A stretch of 64,000 bases of DNA from positions 1 to 64,000 of the forward strand of contig NW_026250446.1 in NCBI RefSeq assembly GCF_024521635.1. Reading direction: 5' to 3'. Below are positions 13,301 to 25,924 of this stretch, piece after piece. Under the pieces are notes generated by a model. That model searched no databases. It was not told where the DNA came from and was given only the letters and a program-made list of their open reading frames with translations. How positions within the stretch are numbered: position 1 is the first letter of the stretch; every line of letters starts with the position of its first letter. Position numbers and translations under genes: made by a program. This stretch comes from Tricharina praecox (taxonomy: Eukaryota).

Positions 13301-14463
13301 GGTCTCTAGTGACCTCGTGATCGGTCTTTGCAATCAGCTGGTGCTACCTGATAGAGATGTGATGTCTCGCTGTACTATCCAACTCAATGTTACAGATGGG
13401 TTCCAAGGTGAATACAGTACGCTCGATTGGGAATGTCTCGTCCTTCTGCGCACGCCAGTTGTCAATCCCAACATATGAGATCACTCGATTATCTACGTTC
13501 GCCGCGGGTTTCAAGATCTCTTATTCTTTAGCCTCGCTGCTCTCCACGGAATGGCGCGGCCCGAATCCTGTGTGACGCCTGCAATCACACAAGGGTAAGA
13601 CCCAAGTACCGAAGCATCCGCAGCATTTGGCCACGCAAGTCGAAGAAAGTATTCTTCAACCTTCACACAACTAGCGAGCGAACGGTGCTTCTACGCACTA
13701 AAGGTACGCGCGGGAAGAAAAGCAGGAAGGTGCGGCGGATTCGATGCATCGTCTGGAAGGGAGTAGATGGATGGCCTGCAAGAGAAGGATGTCGTTGATT
13801 ACTGGGAGTGGGCAGATATCGGGTGTCCTCGTACTGACGGCGCTCTTGAACTCTGGCAATGCGTTGCCATAGTTCGTATGTATTTACATCTGTATGTGTG
13901 GATGGACCAGCTTTGGCAGTTCTTTCTTTCGCCGCTGGTAGCTATGTAGCTAGGTGCTGCACGCACTATTCCGAGTTCAGGAAATGGCTAGGAGCAGCGT
14001 GCAAGCGGTGGTGCAACCTTGTCAGGAACCGCAACGACTTGGTTGTTTGGCTAGCGTATTTCTCATTTGCAGGTTCTCATCTCTGCTGTCAGGCTCGTGG
14101 CCTAGCTGAATGTGGATGACTGAGAGGCGCCCCTGCGCGGGTTTCTTCTTCTGGGGCCACTTATTCATATTTCCTGATTCCTAGCCTTACCTTTCTTGTC
14201 ATCATGTTTGCTCTCAACCACTTCTGACATAGTTTTCCATCACTTGCGAGTAACCCTTCTACATAACCGTAACCATCTCCATACCATTCGAACAACCTCT
14301 CTACCATCTCCCGTGCACATCGGCAAACGTCGACCCATTTCATCGACAAATCCTTATATCCGTCTTTGCACCACTTTCGCTCGTTTTTGTCGACCAACCT
14401 ATCGACACCTCGTTCTTTACCATCAACGTTACCTCTTAATAATAATCTACCATATCACCGCCC

Positions 14464-14773
14464 ATGTCGTCGCGTCCGATTGTGTGTACTCTCTCCGCCA
14501 TGTACCAATTTTCCTTACTGACATCCACAGTATCCCAGCTACAACCCGTCCTACGGATGGATTCCCAAGACCGGCACTATCGCTGCCACCTCTGTCAGCA
14601 AAGCCACCGTCCACAACCCCCGCAAAGGCTGGGCGCAAGTCCGCGGAGGAAATCTTCCGAACAGCTGGTCGCCGAACACCAAGCAGTCGCCGAGGAACAA
14701 GATGAAGACCACTGCTGTCCGCTGGGCTGTTGTCGCTTTCAAGGGCAAGAGGAGGTACTATGGAAGCATCTGA
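14464..14773 (+). CDS. Small basic hypothetical protein, 86 aa, 2 exons (14464-14481, 14531-14773)
   Basis: CACCGCCC-ATG context and a GTGTGT...CTGAC...CAG intron. The spliced frame is open (MSSRPIYPSYNPSYGWIPKTG...KGKRRYYGSI*) and has C-ending codon bias. It is not in the ORF track. Confidence 0.5.
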
Positions 14774-16779
14774 ACGATGGCGGTGTTACTACGCTCGTTT
14801 CTTTTCAGCCATGGCACGAGTGGAAATCGGGAAATAAGATTTAAGATTGATATGACAATGAAAATACGCGGGAGTGCGGAGAAATACGCGGGATAATGGC
14901 ACGCTGGGGATTGATTGAATGACGTTTGTAATTCTTGAAGTCCAAAATATGCTATTCTCCTATCTGCACATCGGTGGTCTCCACCTCGTTTTACGAAAGC
15001 CTTGGATTATTCTTGTTCCGTATGACATATATTTTCTCACGCAATGTGCGTTTGTTTACAACCCACCATCGATATCACTTGTGTACGCATGCCCGCACAG
15101 TGCCTCGAACTCCATCCGCACTGTGAGCCGCCTCTAAGGATTCTGGATCACCTGTTTCAGAGCGCGGGGTTCATATCTCGGCGGTGCCCCAGTCCCCAAT
15201 CTCAAATTGGGCGAACGACCAACAGCAACGGCGGGCGTCTGGTCTTCATCTGAGCAGACCGCGCTGATCACTATCCTCAATGGCTAACACATCAACACAC
15301 ATAGACGCAATCAAGAGCACACAGATCGTGAAGCGGTGCGTGCCTCTTCACTCCGCGATCGGTGGGGTCGTCGTCTGCCAGCATGTCTGAATTGTGGGAT
15401 TTCTCGTACTGAGGCCCCGATAGTGCGCAGTGGGTCAGGCACCACCTTATCTCCATGGAGGGTTATGGCTGACGGGCCTCCTGCGACTTAGGCTGGCGAT
15501 GTGTTTCCGTGCCTGGAGGGCGTACTTCTGTTCGGAGGCCGGGGGTGTCGTGGAGCATCCATTTGATAGCCGCTTGGGCTTCAGAGTAGATAGTGGCTCT
15601 GCTGACGATCTTTCGTCGATCGAAGGTTGCGTTCGTCGGTAAAAGGGAAGAGATGTTCAGTTTATTTCGCATGCAGCCAATCTAGACTTTGGCGAAGCTG
15701 TGATCGCATGGTGTGTTGTTGTCTTCATTGCACAGCCCCATCCGCACAGATCGATGCGAGACATCCCTGCAAACAGATCCGGTCCCCGAAAAGTCGCGGG
15801 TGTCACCGAGGGGATTTGTTTAAGGGCCGCTCGGCGCGTACCTCCATGCGCTTTTTGTCGCCTGCTTTGCAGGTGATTTAGTCCTGGAGTGCACTTACTT
15901 AATCTTCTAGACATGAGCGAGATACAGAAACCTCTGGCACTTCAATGACCGTAACGTTTGAGTAGGTTCCAATCCGCCGATGTCATCGCGAGGTGTCCAG
16001 GGAACGATTGTGCTATATAACGTGAATGAAGAATGGTTAGATACGTCACAAGCTGCATGCAAGAGGACATAGGTAGGCCGGCGTAATTAAGAAGTGTCTC
16101 AGAAGGTGCCTCTCCCTACATCATACTGAGGGCTGCCGTAACAAAGTGCTTGGGGCGTCGGTCATCATCTATCACTTTTATCAAATGCTGTCGCTGATTT
16201 TTCCCCCTGGTTTTGCGTTGGATTGCCATGATTAACATAGGTCGCACGTAATCAATGAATGAAGAAAACAGATAGTTTTGTGACGAAGAGCTGTCCGCCG
16301 AGGTGAACTTAGCGGCATGATTCATTTTTCCGTAGTAGAGTCAGCGGTTTGGGAAGTGACGAGATCGAGTTGGCCGCTTCGCTCGCTAGCATCAATCCTC
16401 AAAGTTTACATGGCCGCGCAAAACACCTCCGGATCATCATTGATCATTGATGCACACCTTTTCTCCCGCTAACCTTTTGTGTTTGTCATTACTCACGTTT
16501 CCTACGGAAGGAGGCTCTTGGCCATGATGACGTTTTGAAGGAGGACTCGGGTCATCCAGAAAGCACTAGATCTACTGAGCAAACAGGAGGCGTTAAGGTA
16601 GTAAATCGCTCGTCTTCTCTGCCTGTCTAGAACTGTAAACGAACTGATTAGAACTATCCAGGTAGATGTTAAACGGGTACCTTGTTCAGTCACTTAGAGG
16701 TATTTAACGGGCTCATCAAACCCGTTCGTCTACCTGCTCTTTACCTTGCAAAATTGATGACCCGTCATCCATCACCGCC

Positions 16780-17451
16780 ATGTTCAAACCAAACCGGCCG
16801 AGAAAAGTGAAGTGCTCGAGCTGCCTCGCGCAACCAGCTGGCACCCAAGCATCGATCGCGTCCACACACACCCTTCACCTTCTCGATCTCCCGGTGGAGC
16901 TCTTGATGATGATCGCCGATTACCTACGGAGGAAAACCGACCGTGCAAAGCTATTGCAACTCAGTCGCGCTTCGAATGCGCTGTTCGGATCCTTCCCGGA
17001 GGAGGTGTTCATGCAAGAGTGCCGCGGTCGTGCGAACTTTCTGTTTAGCCCGTTTGACATTTCCGCAGATTTTCGATGGCTGGTTTCTGGTGGACGTATC
17101 GAAATCGTCTTCGCTGAGCCTCCATCCCCGCATTCAGAGCTACTCCTCCGTGTCTCTGACAGTCGCGCAATCGCTTCAGCCGCCTGGAGCGGATCGGATC
17201 GAAGCGGATATCACCATCGCCTCGTTAGCGCCTGGCAGGATGGATACGCGGAGACATACATGTACATTGAGGGGGTACAACGTGTTACCTCTAATGAATC
17301 GAATCACCTCCTTAGGTGGGTTTCCGTCCGATGGTCGACCTGTAGGCCGCGGCCCATAGTCCGGAACGAGACCGACGAGGCGGGACCCGATGACCCCTCC
17401 CTCGATGACCCCGCCGCCGATGGCCCCGCCCCCAATGACCCGTCCCCATAA
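16780..17451 (+). CDS. F-box domain protein (223 aa)
   Basis: LLDLPVELLMMIADYL...LLQLSRAS is an F-box signature. ACCGCC-ATG context and an acidic Pro/Asp tail. Confidence 0.65.
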   Translation: MFKPNRPRKVKCSSCLAQPAGTQASIASTHTLHLLDLPVELLMMIADYLRRKTDRAKLLQLSRASNALFGSFPEEVFMQECRGRANFLFSPFDISADFRWLVSGGRIEIVFAEPPSPHSELLLRVSDSRAIASAAWSGSDRSGYHHRLVSAWQDGYAETYMYIEGVQRVTSNESNHLLRWVSVRWSTCRPRPIVRNETDEAGPDDPSLDDPAADGPAPNDPSP

Positions 17452-17763
17452 GTCTTTCTCCAACTGGCAAGTCATGTGATGGTCATCTTTGTCAGTGATC
17501 CGGTTTAATGTCATCGCCCATCAATAGACCGCGTTGGTGAACACGTCGGTGGGAACGGACGCATATCATGGGAACGGACTGATATCATGGGGAATGGATA
17601 TTGCGGCATCCTGTTTTTGCTTCTATTTATCTCGTTAAATAGTCTCTCTGTCGTCCGCTCTTTTGTTCTGTATGTAGCAATCACATCACCATATCTCTGT
17701 CACACAAGTTCGCTTAGATCCGCTTGACAACAATCTTCACCTTCGTACAGACGATATTTTGGT

Positions 17764-18876
17764 AGAATGGCCCAGGGAGACTACCTACGGGGGATCACGC
17801 AAAGGGCCGTAACCTCGATCCCTCGCGAGCCTCAAAAGGGAAGCAACCGAAAAGAAGTGGGCTGACTCTCTCGAGTGGGCGAGAGGCAAAGTGAAGGGCA
17901 CGAAATATAGTGTCCCAAAGACGCAGAGCTGGGACATGGCAGTTGCGGATAGCGGAAAGAGAGTCGCGGCCGGATACTATCAGCTTAAAACTGGTCACGC
18001 CCTGACAGGCCAGCACCTGGCGTAGACGAAAAACCGACCGACGGCAGAGTGCTGGTGGTGCGGGTGCATGACCGAGACCCGGGAAGACCTGTTCAAGAAC
18101 TGCACGCAGTGGAGGAAGCAACAGAAGATCTTGTGGACGGAGGCGTGAAATAAGACTGGCCGAGGGAAGGATAGGTTAAAGATCAGGGACCTCTCTGCCA
18201 ACCAAGATTGCAGTAAGGCCGTCCTTTACTTCCTCACCACCACTGATGTGGGCAGCCGGGTGCCCCCCCTTGGGGAAGAGCAACAAGAATTCCTGAGCCA
18301 GACTTCTGACTTGGCAGCGGCAGCGGCAGCGGCGAATCCCACCTACCCAATAGCAGGAGAAATGATAGAAGGAGCGAGAGCGGTGGCGGCGGAAAGAGTA
18401 GTGGCAGCAGAAGAGAGGTGATAGGCTGGGGAATTTCTCTTCCTCCCCACCCCCCGAACCTCGCACCGCCGGCACCAGACACCCCAACCCCAACACCATC
18501 TCGGGCTCGGGGCAGAGTGATAGACTGAGACGTGGTGACAGCAAGAGCAGAGGAAAGAGTACGGGCTAGTCGACCGGAGATTCCGGCATACGCGGGAAGA
18601 TATGAGGCGTTAGACACGCTGGAGGAGTTGGCTAGGAGGCTTGGAGGGGGGTTTGGAGAAAAGACTGACATGTTTCCTTTCCGTTCCTTTTTGCCATCTC
18701 ATTTGATACTTCTTTCTATCTTTCCGTTTGTTATGCGCGGATGGGCCGGGCGGAGGGCAATAGGGAACCCACATCGGGCTCGCGGCCAACGGTCGGATAC
18801 GGTGGGGTGGAACCGATCGTGTACGCAGCCATGATCTGCAAAGGTCGAATGCTACGATGATGAAAAAAACAAAAAA
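17764..18876 (+). mobile_element. 5'-truncated Tad1-like non-LTR retrotransposon (3' end of ORF2, 3'UTR, A-rich tail)
   Basis: Translates as YYQLKTGHALTGQHL..AECWWC..ETREDLFKNC..FLTTTDVG (CCHC-region remnant) with stops. The A tail is at 18863-18877. The TSD AGACGATATTTTGGT is at 17749-17763 and 18877-18891. Confidence 0.92.
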
Positions 18877-19663
18877 AGACGATATTTTGGTCGTCAGCGT
18901 GCTGACGTACCATAGGTTCTCGCGGTAACCAGATATCAAACTCCTCCCTATATGCTATGGCGGGAGCGATACCGAGGTTTTATTAAACACGGAAAGTTGT
19001 TACCACTTCATCAGCAAAAAACAAAAACTCCGATGGGCGCGGGTAGAGGTTTGTACTGCGTGAACTGCACATGGCGTGACATGATGGTTGGATAGGCACG
19101 ATACCATGTGACCACAGATGTCCGTGCCGGACCGCAGCTCTCCATGTCGGACCGCAGCCCTGGTGGTGTGATCGCAGGTATCTAGGTGCTGCACACAGTG
19201 TAACACTCTGACTAAATGAGTAAGGTGCCTGGATTGATAGCAGTCCATGAGTGACCGAAGCCAGCCATGAGCCGCACATAACGCAAGGCCCTGTCAGACG
19301 CCTCCTGTGCTCGGAATATCTAGCGCGTTCACGTGGCCTTCTTCGTATAGTTAAATGCTGTAATTGCTATTATACAGGATCCCCCTCCATATCCCCTCCG
19401 CCTGCCCCGCCCTCTCAGCCTTCCCTGCTCTCTCGGCCTTCCGCACACACTCAGCCTTCCCAGCCCTCCGAGCCCTCGAGACCTCCGAGCCCTCCCAGTC
19501 GGAGCCCGTCCTATCGTCTTCCACTTCAATATCCTCACTCATCGCCACCCAACTCCCCACATTTTGAAGATCAACGTAAACAAGACTCATCTCTACCTCT
19601 TCATGCTGAATGTTGTTGGTTGCATTTGTCTCTTGCCCGCCCCGACTGCCGACATAGATAGTC

Positions 19664-19820
19664 GGGAACGAGGGCGAGGTGCAGGCGGGGAACGAGGGCG
19701 AGGTGGAAGTGCTGAACGAGGGCGAGCGTGAGGTGCAGGCGGGAAACCTGGCACAGTGGAAGTGCTGAAAGAGGGCGAGGGAATGAGGGCGAGGTGGAGG
19801 TGGGGAACGAGGGCGAGGTG
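19664..19820. repeat. Degenerate 24-bp minisatellite (GGGAACGAGGGCGAGGTGCAGGCG-like)
   Basis: About 6 imperfect units. The minus strand reads PRPRSPP-like. Confidence 0.75.
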
Positions 19821-20494
19821 TTGGTCGTACCCGTCTCTTGGGGGGGGGGGCCGTCCCAATCTTCTGCGCTGCCTACGGTTTGGAAGTCCGTTGGGGAGCC
19901 GACAATGATCGATGCGTGCGTATAGGGAGTTCGATGTGTGGATTGGGGGAGTACCAGATGTAAGGAGGAGCTATATCGAACATACGGAGAAGTCTATCAA
20001 AGCTGTGCTGCAACAAACCTTATATATCATCATTTGCCTCCGAGCGCAGAGTGGGCAGTTATGATGTCAGACTGATGGTGTTGTGGTAATATCTGTGGTC
20101 AGACGGATGGTGTGTGCTGTGGCAAGTGCTGATAAATCTAATGAATACCAGGCACGTCGCCACTAGTAGCCTACACCATTGGAGAAAGCATCGTCGTGGT
20201 TTTGCTCGCTGCTTCTAGTTATCATCTTCCTCCCCTTCTTCCGCTTGATATTCGTCTTCATCCCCAGTACTTTCATTCCCGGCCCCAGCTCACCGGTGGC
20301 CAGAGAGCATTTTTAGGCGACTACACTGCTGTTGTGAAGAGTATGAGTATGTCTATAGAAAGACTTCGTTATTTTCCCTCTTGCTCCAGTCGATCCTCTA
20401 TATACACATGCTATCTAGGCTCGCCGGCAACCAACAGAGCTCTGTGCAGCAAATATGTCGAGTGCTGAGTCCTGGCAGCGAATTTAACCATCCA

Positions 20495-20680
20495 GTCCAG
20501 ACTCCATAACAGCAAATCCAGTACAGAGTCCATGGCTTTGATTGGTGAGGCTCTGGCTGCGAGAGGGGGGTTCTTAGGCGAATCAAGCACAGTGTCCGTA
20601 GAAGAGATACGCGGCTATGGAGCAGGACGAGCAGGACGAGTAGGACGAACAGAACGAGCAGGACGAGCAGAACGAGCAGT
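20495..20680 (-). repeat. 26-bp minisatellite remnant plus (GGACGAGCA)n run, an inverted homolog of the window start
   Basis: CCATAACAGCAAATCCAGTACAGAGTCCATGG is followed at 20620-20680 by a 9-bp tandem run. Confidence 0.65.
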
Positions 20681-20761
20681 TCGGATGGACGGTATCTGAC
20701 AGGGCGAGGAAGTGAAGCAGATGACGGTTGGCGAATAGCAGCATCTAGTGAGAAGACAGTA

Positions 20762-21199
20762 TCAGCGGTAGTTCCAGGCTTCCAGCAGGGAGGGCACTGC
20801 AGTGCGAGCGGTAGTAGGGAGACTTCGTATTAGCGGCCAGACAGGGAGGGAGAGAAGACTGTTTCCAATGCAGGACGAGCTGGGTGAGCTGGGCGAGCAG
20901 GGCGAAGAACGTCCTTCCTCCGGGGTCGGCAAGTGACCGCAGCTGGTGGTCTGTACGGCCATGTCCAGTGACTCTTCGACGATGCCGGTGAGGGGTTCGT
21001 TGACTCCGAGTCTCGCTAGTCGACGGTGTCTCCGGTATAGTATTTGACGAGCTATTTCATAGTCAGCAAGGGCCTTTATCAATTGATTGTATCTGGTCTG
21101 GTCCAACGGAGCCAGAATTGAAATAGCAATATCCTTATCCTGATCCTCATCCTTCATTCCTGATTCACTTCTCCACCACGTCTCACTCTGTATCCTCAC
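20762..21199 (-). CDS. Hypothetical protein or gene fragment
   Basis: A 145-codon open frame with a helical, protein-like middle. DNA at 20640-20790 resembles 520-690. The start is uncertain. Confidence 0.3.
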   Translation of the reverse strand: MRIQSETWWRSESGMKDEDQDKDIAISILAPLDQTRYNQLIKALADYEIARQILYRRHRRLARLGVNEPLTGIVEESLDMAVQTTSCGHLPTPEEGRSSPCSPSSPSSSCIGNSLLSLPVWPLIRSLPTTARTAVPSLLEAWNYR

Positions 21200-22092
21200 T
21201 TCCTGACTTAACCCGCGTAGACGACCGTGGCAACTGACGCGTCGAGTGAATTTGAAGGATTCCGAAGATCGTTCCGACGGACCGACGAAGGCGCTTTCAG
21301 AGTGAGATCTATCAGGGAGGGTTGCTGATCCCGGTTTGGCACACCAGATGAAGCACTAGGACCGGGGCGACGCTTTGGCAACTTTGCTAAGAGACAGGAG
21401 ATCGACTGTAGCCCACTGGAAAGGAATCGACAAGTAGAGAGAACATACCCCCTGCGGTATTCAGGAGGTGCTAGAGCCTCGCGAGTTGAGGTCAGGACAA
21501 TGAAAAGCGCATTTATGAGCATGATAACCCCAGTAAAAGACAGAAGAAGAGACAGGGCAGCCGACTAAATACTTATACATGAGTGCGGCGAACTTTGGCC
21601 GACCCCGCTATACCAGATTTGGTGGAATTGAATTTCGTCGCTCGTACATCGACCCTGCCCGCTCGCAAAGGAAATCAAAACAACACCCTTCGCGCATGGT
21701 AACACTGCGCATCGCAGCTGGTCCTCCCCGCTGGTCCGCAGCACACTGCGATTGAGACCACTCGACGGGTAATTCCCGGGCTCGATGACGATCGTCCCAC
21801 AGAGGATCCATCCAGACGGTGGGGAAGGGCCAATCCAGTCCACCACATAATCGCGACGCACGATCTTATCATATGCGATCCTCTCTCGATGCCTAGGCAT
21901 ACGGGAGAGATTTAGATCGAAATCACGCAAAAAAGACTTCAATACCCGGCAAGCACAAATGTTATTTCATCATCAGAGCTCCATTTTATGTATCAACAGT
22001 TCCCCCAAGAATAGCGCGAGGTTCCCAATGCACACCCCCCGAGCTGCTGGATCTTCCGTCATCCGTCGCAGTAGCCAGCGACGCAGGCATCT

Positions 22093-22284
22093 CTATCCAA
22101 TAAGCTCAACAGTCCCCGGCTGATAGCAGCGAGGACAGATAAACTTGCGCCCATCGGGGGCCTTCTCTGCTGCGTAGAAGAGACAGGCCCTGTGGATGCA
22201 GCCATGGCCGCAAGGCTTCAACTTGAGTCCGCTACCGTAGGCCACCGACTTGTCGCAATAGGGGCAGGCTGTGTAGACTGGCAT
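22093..22284 (-). CDS. RING-H2-only microprotein, divergent solo copy (63 aa)
   Basis: C-x2-C-x14-C-x-H-x3-H-x2-C-x15-C-x2-C pattern. It has the same length class and ligand spacing as the five clustered copies. Confidence 0.75.
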   Translation of the reverse strand: MPVYTACPYCDKSVAYGSGLKLKPCGHGCIHRACLFYAAEKAPDGRKFICPRCYQPGTVELIG

Positions 22285-23269
22285 CTCGAGGTGGTAGTGG
22301 TGACTGTGTAGGAGTGAGTGTAAGTAGTAGTGGGTGTTGACGAAGTCAGCAGTAGTGGTCGGGACTGTGAAGCCGTTGTGATTCTCGTAGCTCGTTCTGG
22401 ATACAAGCGGAGCAAACTTCGTGGATGCAAGGCGTGATTCTCGCAGCGCGTCGTAGATGCAAGCAGAGGCAGCTGTCGTGGATACAAGTACACGTAAATG
22501 TCGTCGATGTCAGAGGCAGGTGGCGTTGATTTCAGGCTTGTTTACTGAGGTAAAGAAGGAAGAGTGAGGAGCTCGTACTTATGCGTGCTACAATGACAGT
22601 GGAGATAGAAAGACGACGTGAGGCCGATTCCAAATCACACATAGAAAGAAGAAGTTAGATTTCCAGCCTTAGATTGTCCTGGTTATGAAAGTTGGACTAT
22701 TCGCGATGCTTAGAAGCTGCTCACATCCTGTGATCTACGATCTAATCATCCCTCTCGGACCGGTAGGGACAAGATTGTCCATACAGCCCAGGAATCACAC
22801 AGCTCGACTAGGCTTACAAAACAGCAAGCTATCCGTGCCGTATTGGCGTGCTGACGGTGACCACGCGGGGAAGCAGCTCCGGCCGTCGTCTCGAGGTGCA
22901 AAGTTTTACATGAGCGATAGTCACGGTTTCCTCCTACGGCTGCAGCACTACAAGAAGAATTGATGTTTCGCTGAGGACTCACAGACACTTTGACATCAGG
23001 CGAACGATGTGCGGCCGAACATCAGGGAAAAACAATCTACTCCATTAGACTGTCGCGTCTGTATTTATGCAGTGTTGCGCTAAATGGGGTGAGTGCATAG
23101 GGAACGGTGGCAGGCCGTTCCGCCCTAACGTGAATGATGTCCCGTAAGCACTACGTTAGGTGGGGTTTGCCACATCTTTTTATTGATTGACATCACGTGG
23201 TCTGTCTATATAATGGCAATACATATCCGCCCTGTTCATACACCCCGTCCGTTTCCTCATCTGTCCCGG

Positions 23270-23880
23270 GGCCTTGACTCTTCCACGCCATCAACTCATT
23301 GGCACCGTCACCTCTTCCTTTCTCCCACATCTCTTCCGGTGCCATCATGTCTTCCGGCGCCATCACCTCTTCGCCGCCCTTGCCCTTGACTGGCTCTCTC
23401 TCGACCCTTCGGTTCCTTGACTCTTCCGGGGCCTCAGCCCTTCCATTCGTAGACTGTTCCGTGCCGTTAACTCTTCTGCTCCTTGAATCTTCCCCAGCAT
23501 CGACTTCCTCCCAAAATTCTTCCGCTCCATCAACTCTTCCGCACGTTTGACTTGCTCCCTTGAATTTTCTAGGCCCTTGACTGTGCCTTGCCCTAAGCTC
23601 TTCCACCGTTCCACGGCCTGGACTAGGCAATCCCCTGAACTCTTTCGGGGCTTTGACTCTTCCACGTCATCAACCGTTCCGTTCCTTGAATCTTCCGCTC
23701 CCTCACTCTTCCGCGCCCCCACAACTCTTTTATGCCGTCACCTTTTCGCCGTACTTGCCCTTCACTCGCCCTCTCCCGCTCGCTGCCCCTCGAGCGTCCC
23801 ACTCCCTCACCCGTCCGTACTCCTACAACTCTTCCGTGCTCCCACAACCCTGCCGTTCCTTGACTCTTCCGTCCCGTCAA
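23270..23880. repeat. Degenerate pyrimidine-rich tandem repeat (core CCTTGACTCTTCC / CAACTCTTCCGC)
   Basis: More than 10 imperfect cores. A short related run lies at ~59910-59950. Confidence 0.7.
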
Positions 23881-25391
23881 CACGTAGTTCCTTCAACTCG
23901 GAGGTGCTGTCAACTCGGAGGCACCGTCGACTCGTCACTGCTGTTGCATAGTAGGTTGCAGAGGCCGGCCCGCGACATTGCCCTGGTGTAATAGGTGCCG
24001 TGAGGTAATAGGTGCTCTGGTGTGTTGGGTGGGAGACGAATATGGTTCTTGACACATGTCGATAGTTGGCTGTCAACCGTTGGACCGCGCCATGCTGACG
24101 TCACCCAGCCGAATACCCCACTGACAGAATCGCGGATGCAATCTCTCTCTCCTCCTCCTCACCCTACCACTCCTCACCCTCCGCATTTTACTCGCGCTAC
24201 TAGTTCTACTAGTCCTACTCGATCTACTACGGAAACAGTCTCCTCGTCCTAGTGCGGGTATCCCAACCTTAGCGGAGGCCCAGATACCTAAAAATCAACT
24301 CGTCACGAGTCACGACCATCATCACGACTGTCGTCGGTCCATCGGAAATTTTTGAAAGGCACGGAAATAGTTTCACTCGAATGTATGATATGCGTGAGAG
24401 TTGTGCTTTCATTGACGGCTATCTACCGACTCTTATATTCGCCTGCCGGTGACTACCTGCCGGCACCATCAGTCTGCGCTGACGCCCCATCGGCGCCGCC
24501 GCCGCTGACCACCGACACCTCCGTATAGTGCTGGTATCTTCTATGCAATTGCTCGGGGACGTTTTCAGCGTTACTAGTGTCAGGACCGCGTACAATCAAC
24601 AAACGGAGAATTCTGTTTTCTTGATGAGGTGAGTGAACTGACATTCCATGGCCACTGGTTACGTGGTGAGGTTTTTTACCTTCGGGTTTTCCTGTCAAAA
24701 GAACATCGTTTTTCTGGCCGCCGCGCGAGGGAACGAAATTTTTGCTTTTATTTTTTGCTTACCGGCCGAATGAGCGTGGATTGCCCGTCTGAGGGAGGAA
24801 GGGAGAAGGATATCAATGGATTTCGCGCACAAACCATCTGCGTAGACTATGAGACTCTTGCACACCTTTCCTGCTATAGAATTGAATTCGATGATGGGTC
24901 GAAAATTCGGTCCGTCGGCGGAGATGGAAGCTTCCAGGTTTTGCGCTTCAATTTCGGGCCGACAAGATGCGATATGTTAGACTGCGGCTGGTAGGTGCTG
25001 TGCGGGTGGGTCGATTCCTTCACCGACCAACTCATTGTTGACTATTCTGTAGCTGAATGGACAACAGCCGTTGTACGCGCTCCTCATCGATTCCGTTTGG
25101 TGGTTCCGGACCGTGTTTGACCCCATCGATTGCCACGTCACACGTGATGTACCAGCCGACGGGCGTGTTGACGGTAAATCACGCCTGCGCAAACGACGTC
25201 AAATACCGAGTGCTATTGACGTTGAGAACTCGCGGAGGCTCAGCTACTATTATAAGTAGTTCGACGACAACCCGTCCTTCCTTCCTTTCCTCTTCATATC
25301 TCCCGTTTCCGCCACAACACAGACAGCAACAATTTCGACACCTTTCTTCGCTCTCGGCAACCCTTTTTTACGGTTCCCAACAACATTCACG

Positions 25392-25924
25392 ATGAGCGTC
25401 AGGTGCTACTATGCCCTGATAGGTGCCGCCCACACCGCGACAACGGAAGAGATAAAGGCAGCGATCGGGCTGGCCATCAAGGAGGTGAGGAGAGGTGCGA
25501 TACGGTATCACGATGCAAGTCCGCGCAATTCATTCATGAATCATAATCCACCACCATTATCACGCAAGCTGACAGGTACTATACTATGTAGCTCAGCGCG
25601 GCCGAGAACGTGCTGGCCCGCCAGCGGTGTCGCGAAGAGTACGATCGACGGCATCCTCGCGTCGGATGTAAGTTTCTTTTCCCTGGCGCATACCCACTTT
25701 CCTCGCTGATGACTGTGTTAGGCCTAGTGTGCATCAGGCCTGAGCCCGTCAGATTGGAAGCCGAGTCGCCGCTCACGCAAAAATGCCACCAGCCCAGCCG
25801 CTCCAAGCAGCCAGTAGACATCGGCCGACGGGTCGGCGTCTACGCGACGTGTCCGCTTCGATCTCTGCCTGCCAAGCGGCAGATACGAAGCGGCGCGCGG
25901 TGGCGAAGGAGAGGCTGGTGTTGA
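25392..25924 (+). CDS. J-domain-like protein lacking HPD, paralog A (possibly frameshifted near the 3' end)
   Basis: Exon 1 is YYALIGAAHTATTEEIKAAI..., followed by a GC-AG intron at 25515-25591. Exon 2 is LSAAENVLARQRCREEYDRR. A second intron at 25668-25721 is 54 nt. Confidence 0.55.

Noticed and set aside
11510..13330. Short local duplications (GGACGCCTAAGCTCCGG twice at ~11510 and 11557; GATCGGTCTCT-like three times at ~13277-13330)
   Set aside because: They look like ordinary slippage duplications with no further structure.
17761..17775. The LINE 3' piece starts at 'VEW', where the RNase H fragment at ~50110 ends, suggesting one split element
   Set aside because: The 17.8-kb copy has its own complete TSD, so it is an independent insertion.
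23183..24104. Several overlapping 80-145 aa ORFs
   Set aside because: They are by-products of a stop-poor degenerate tandem repeat.
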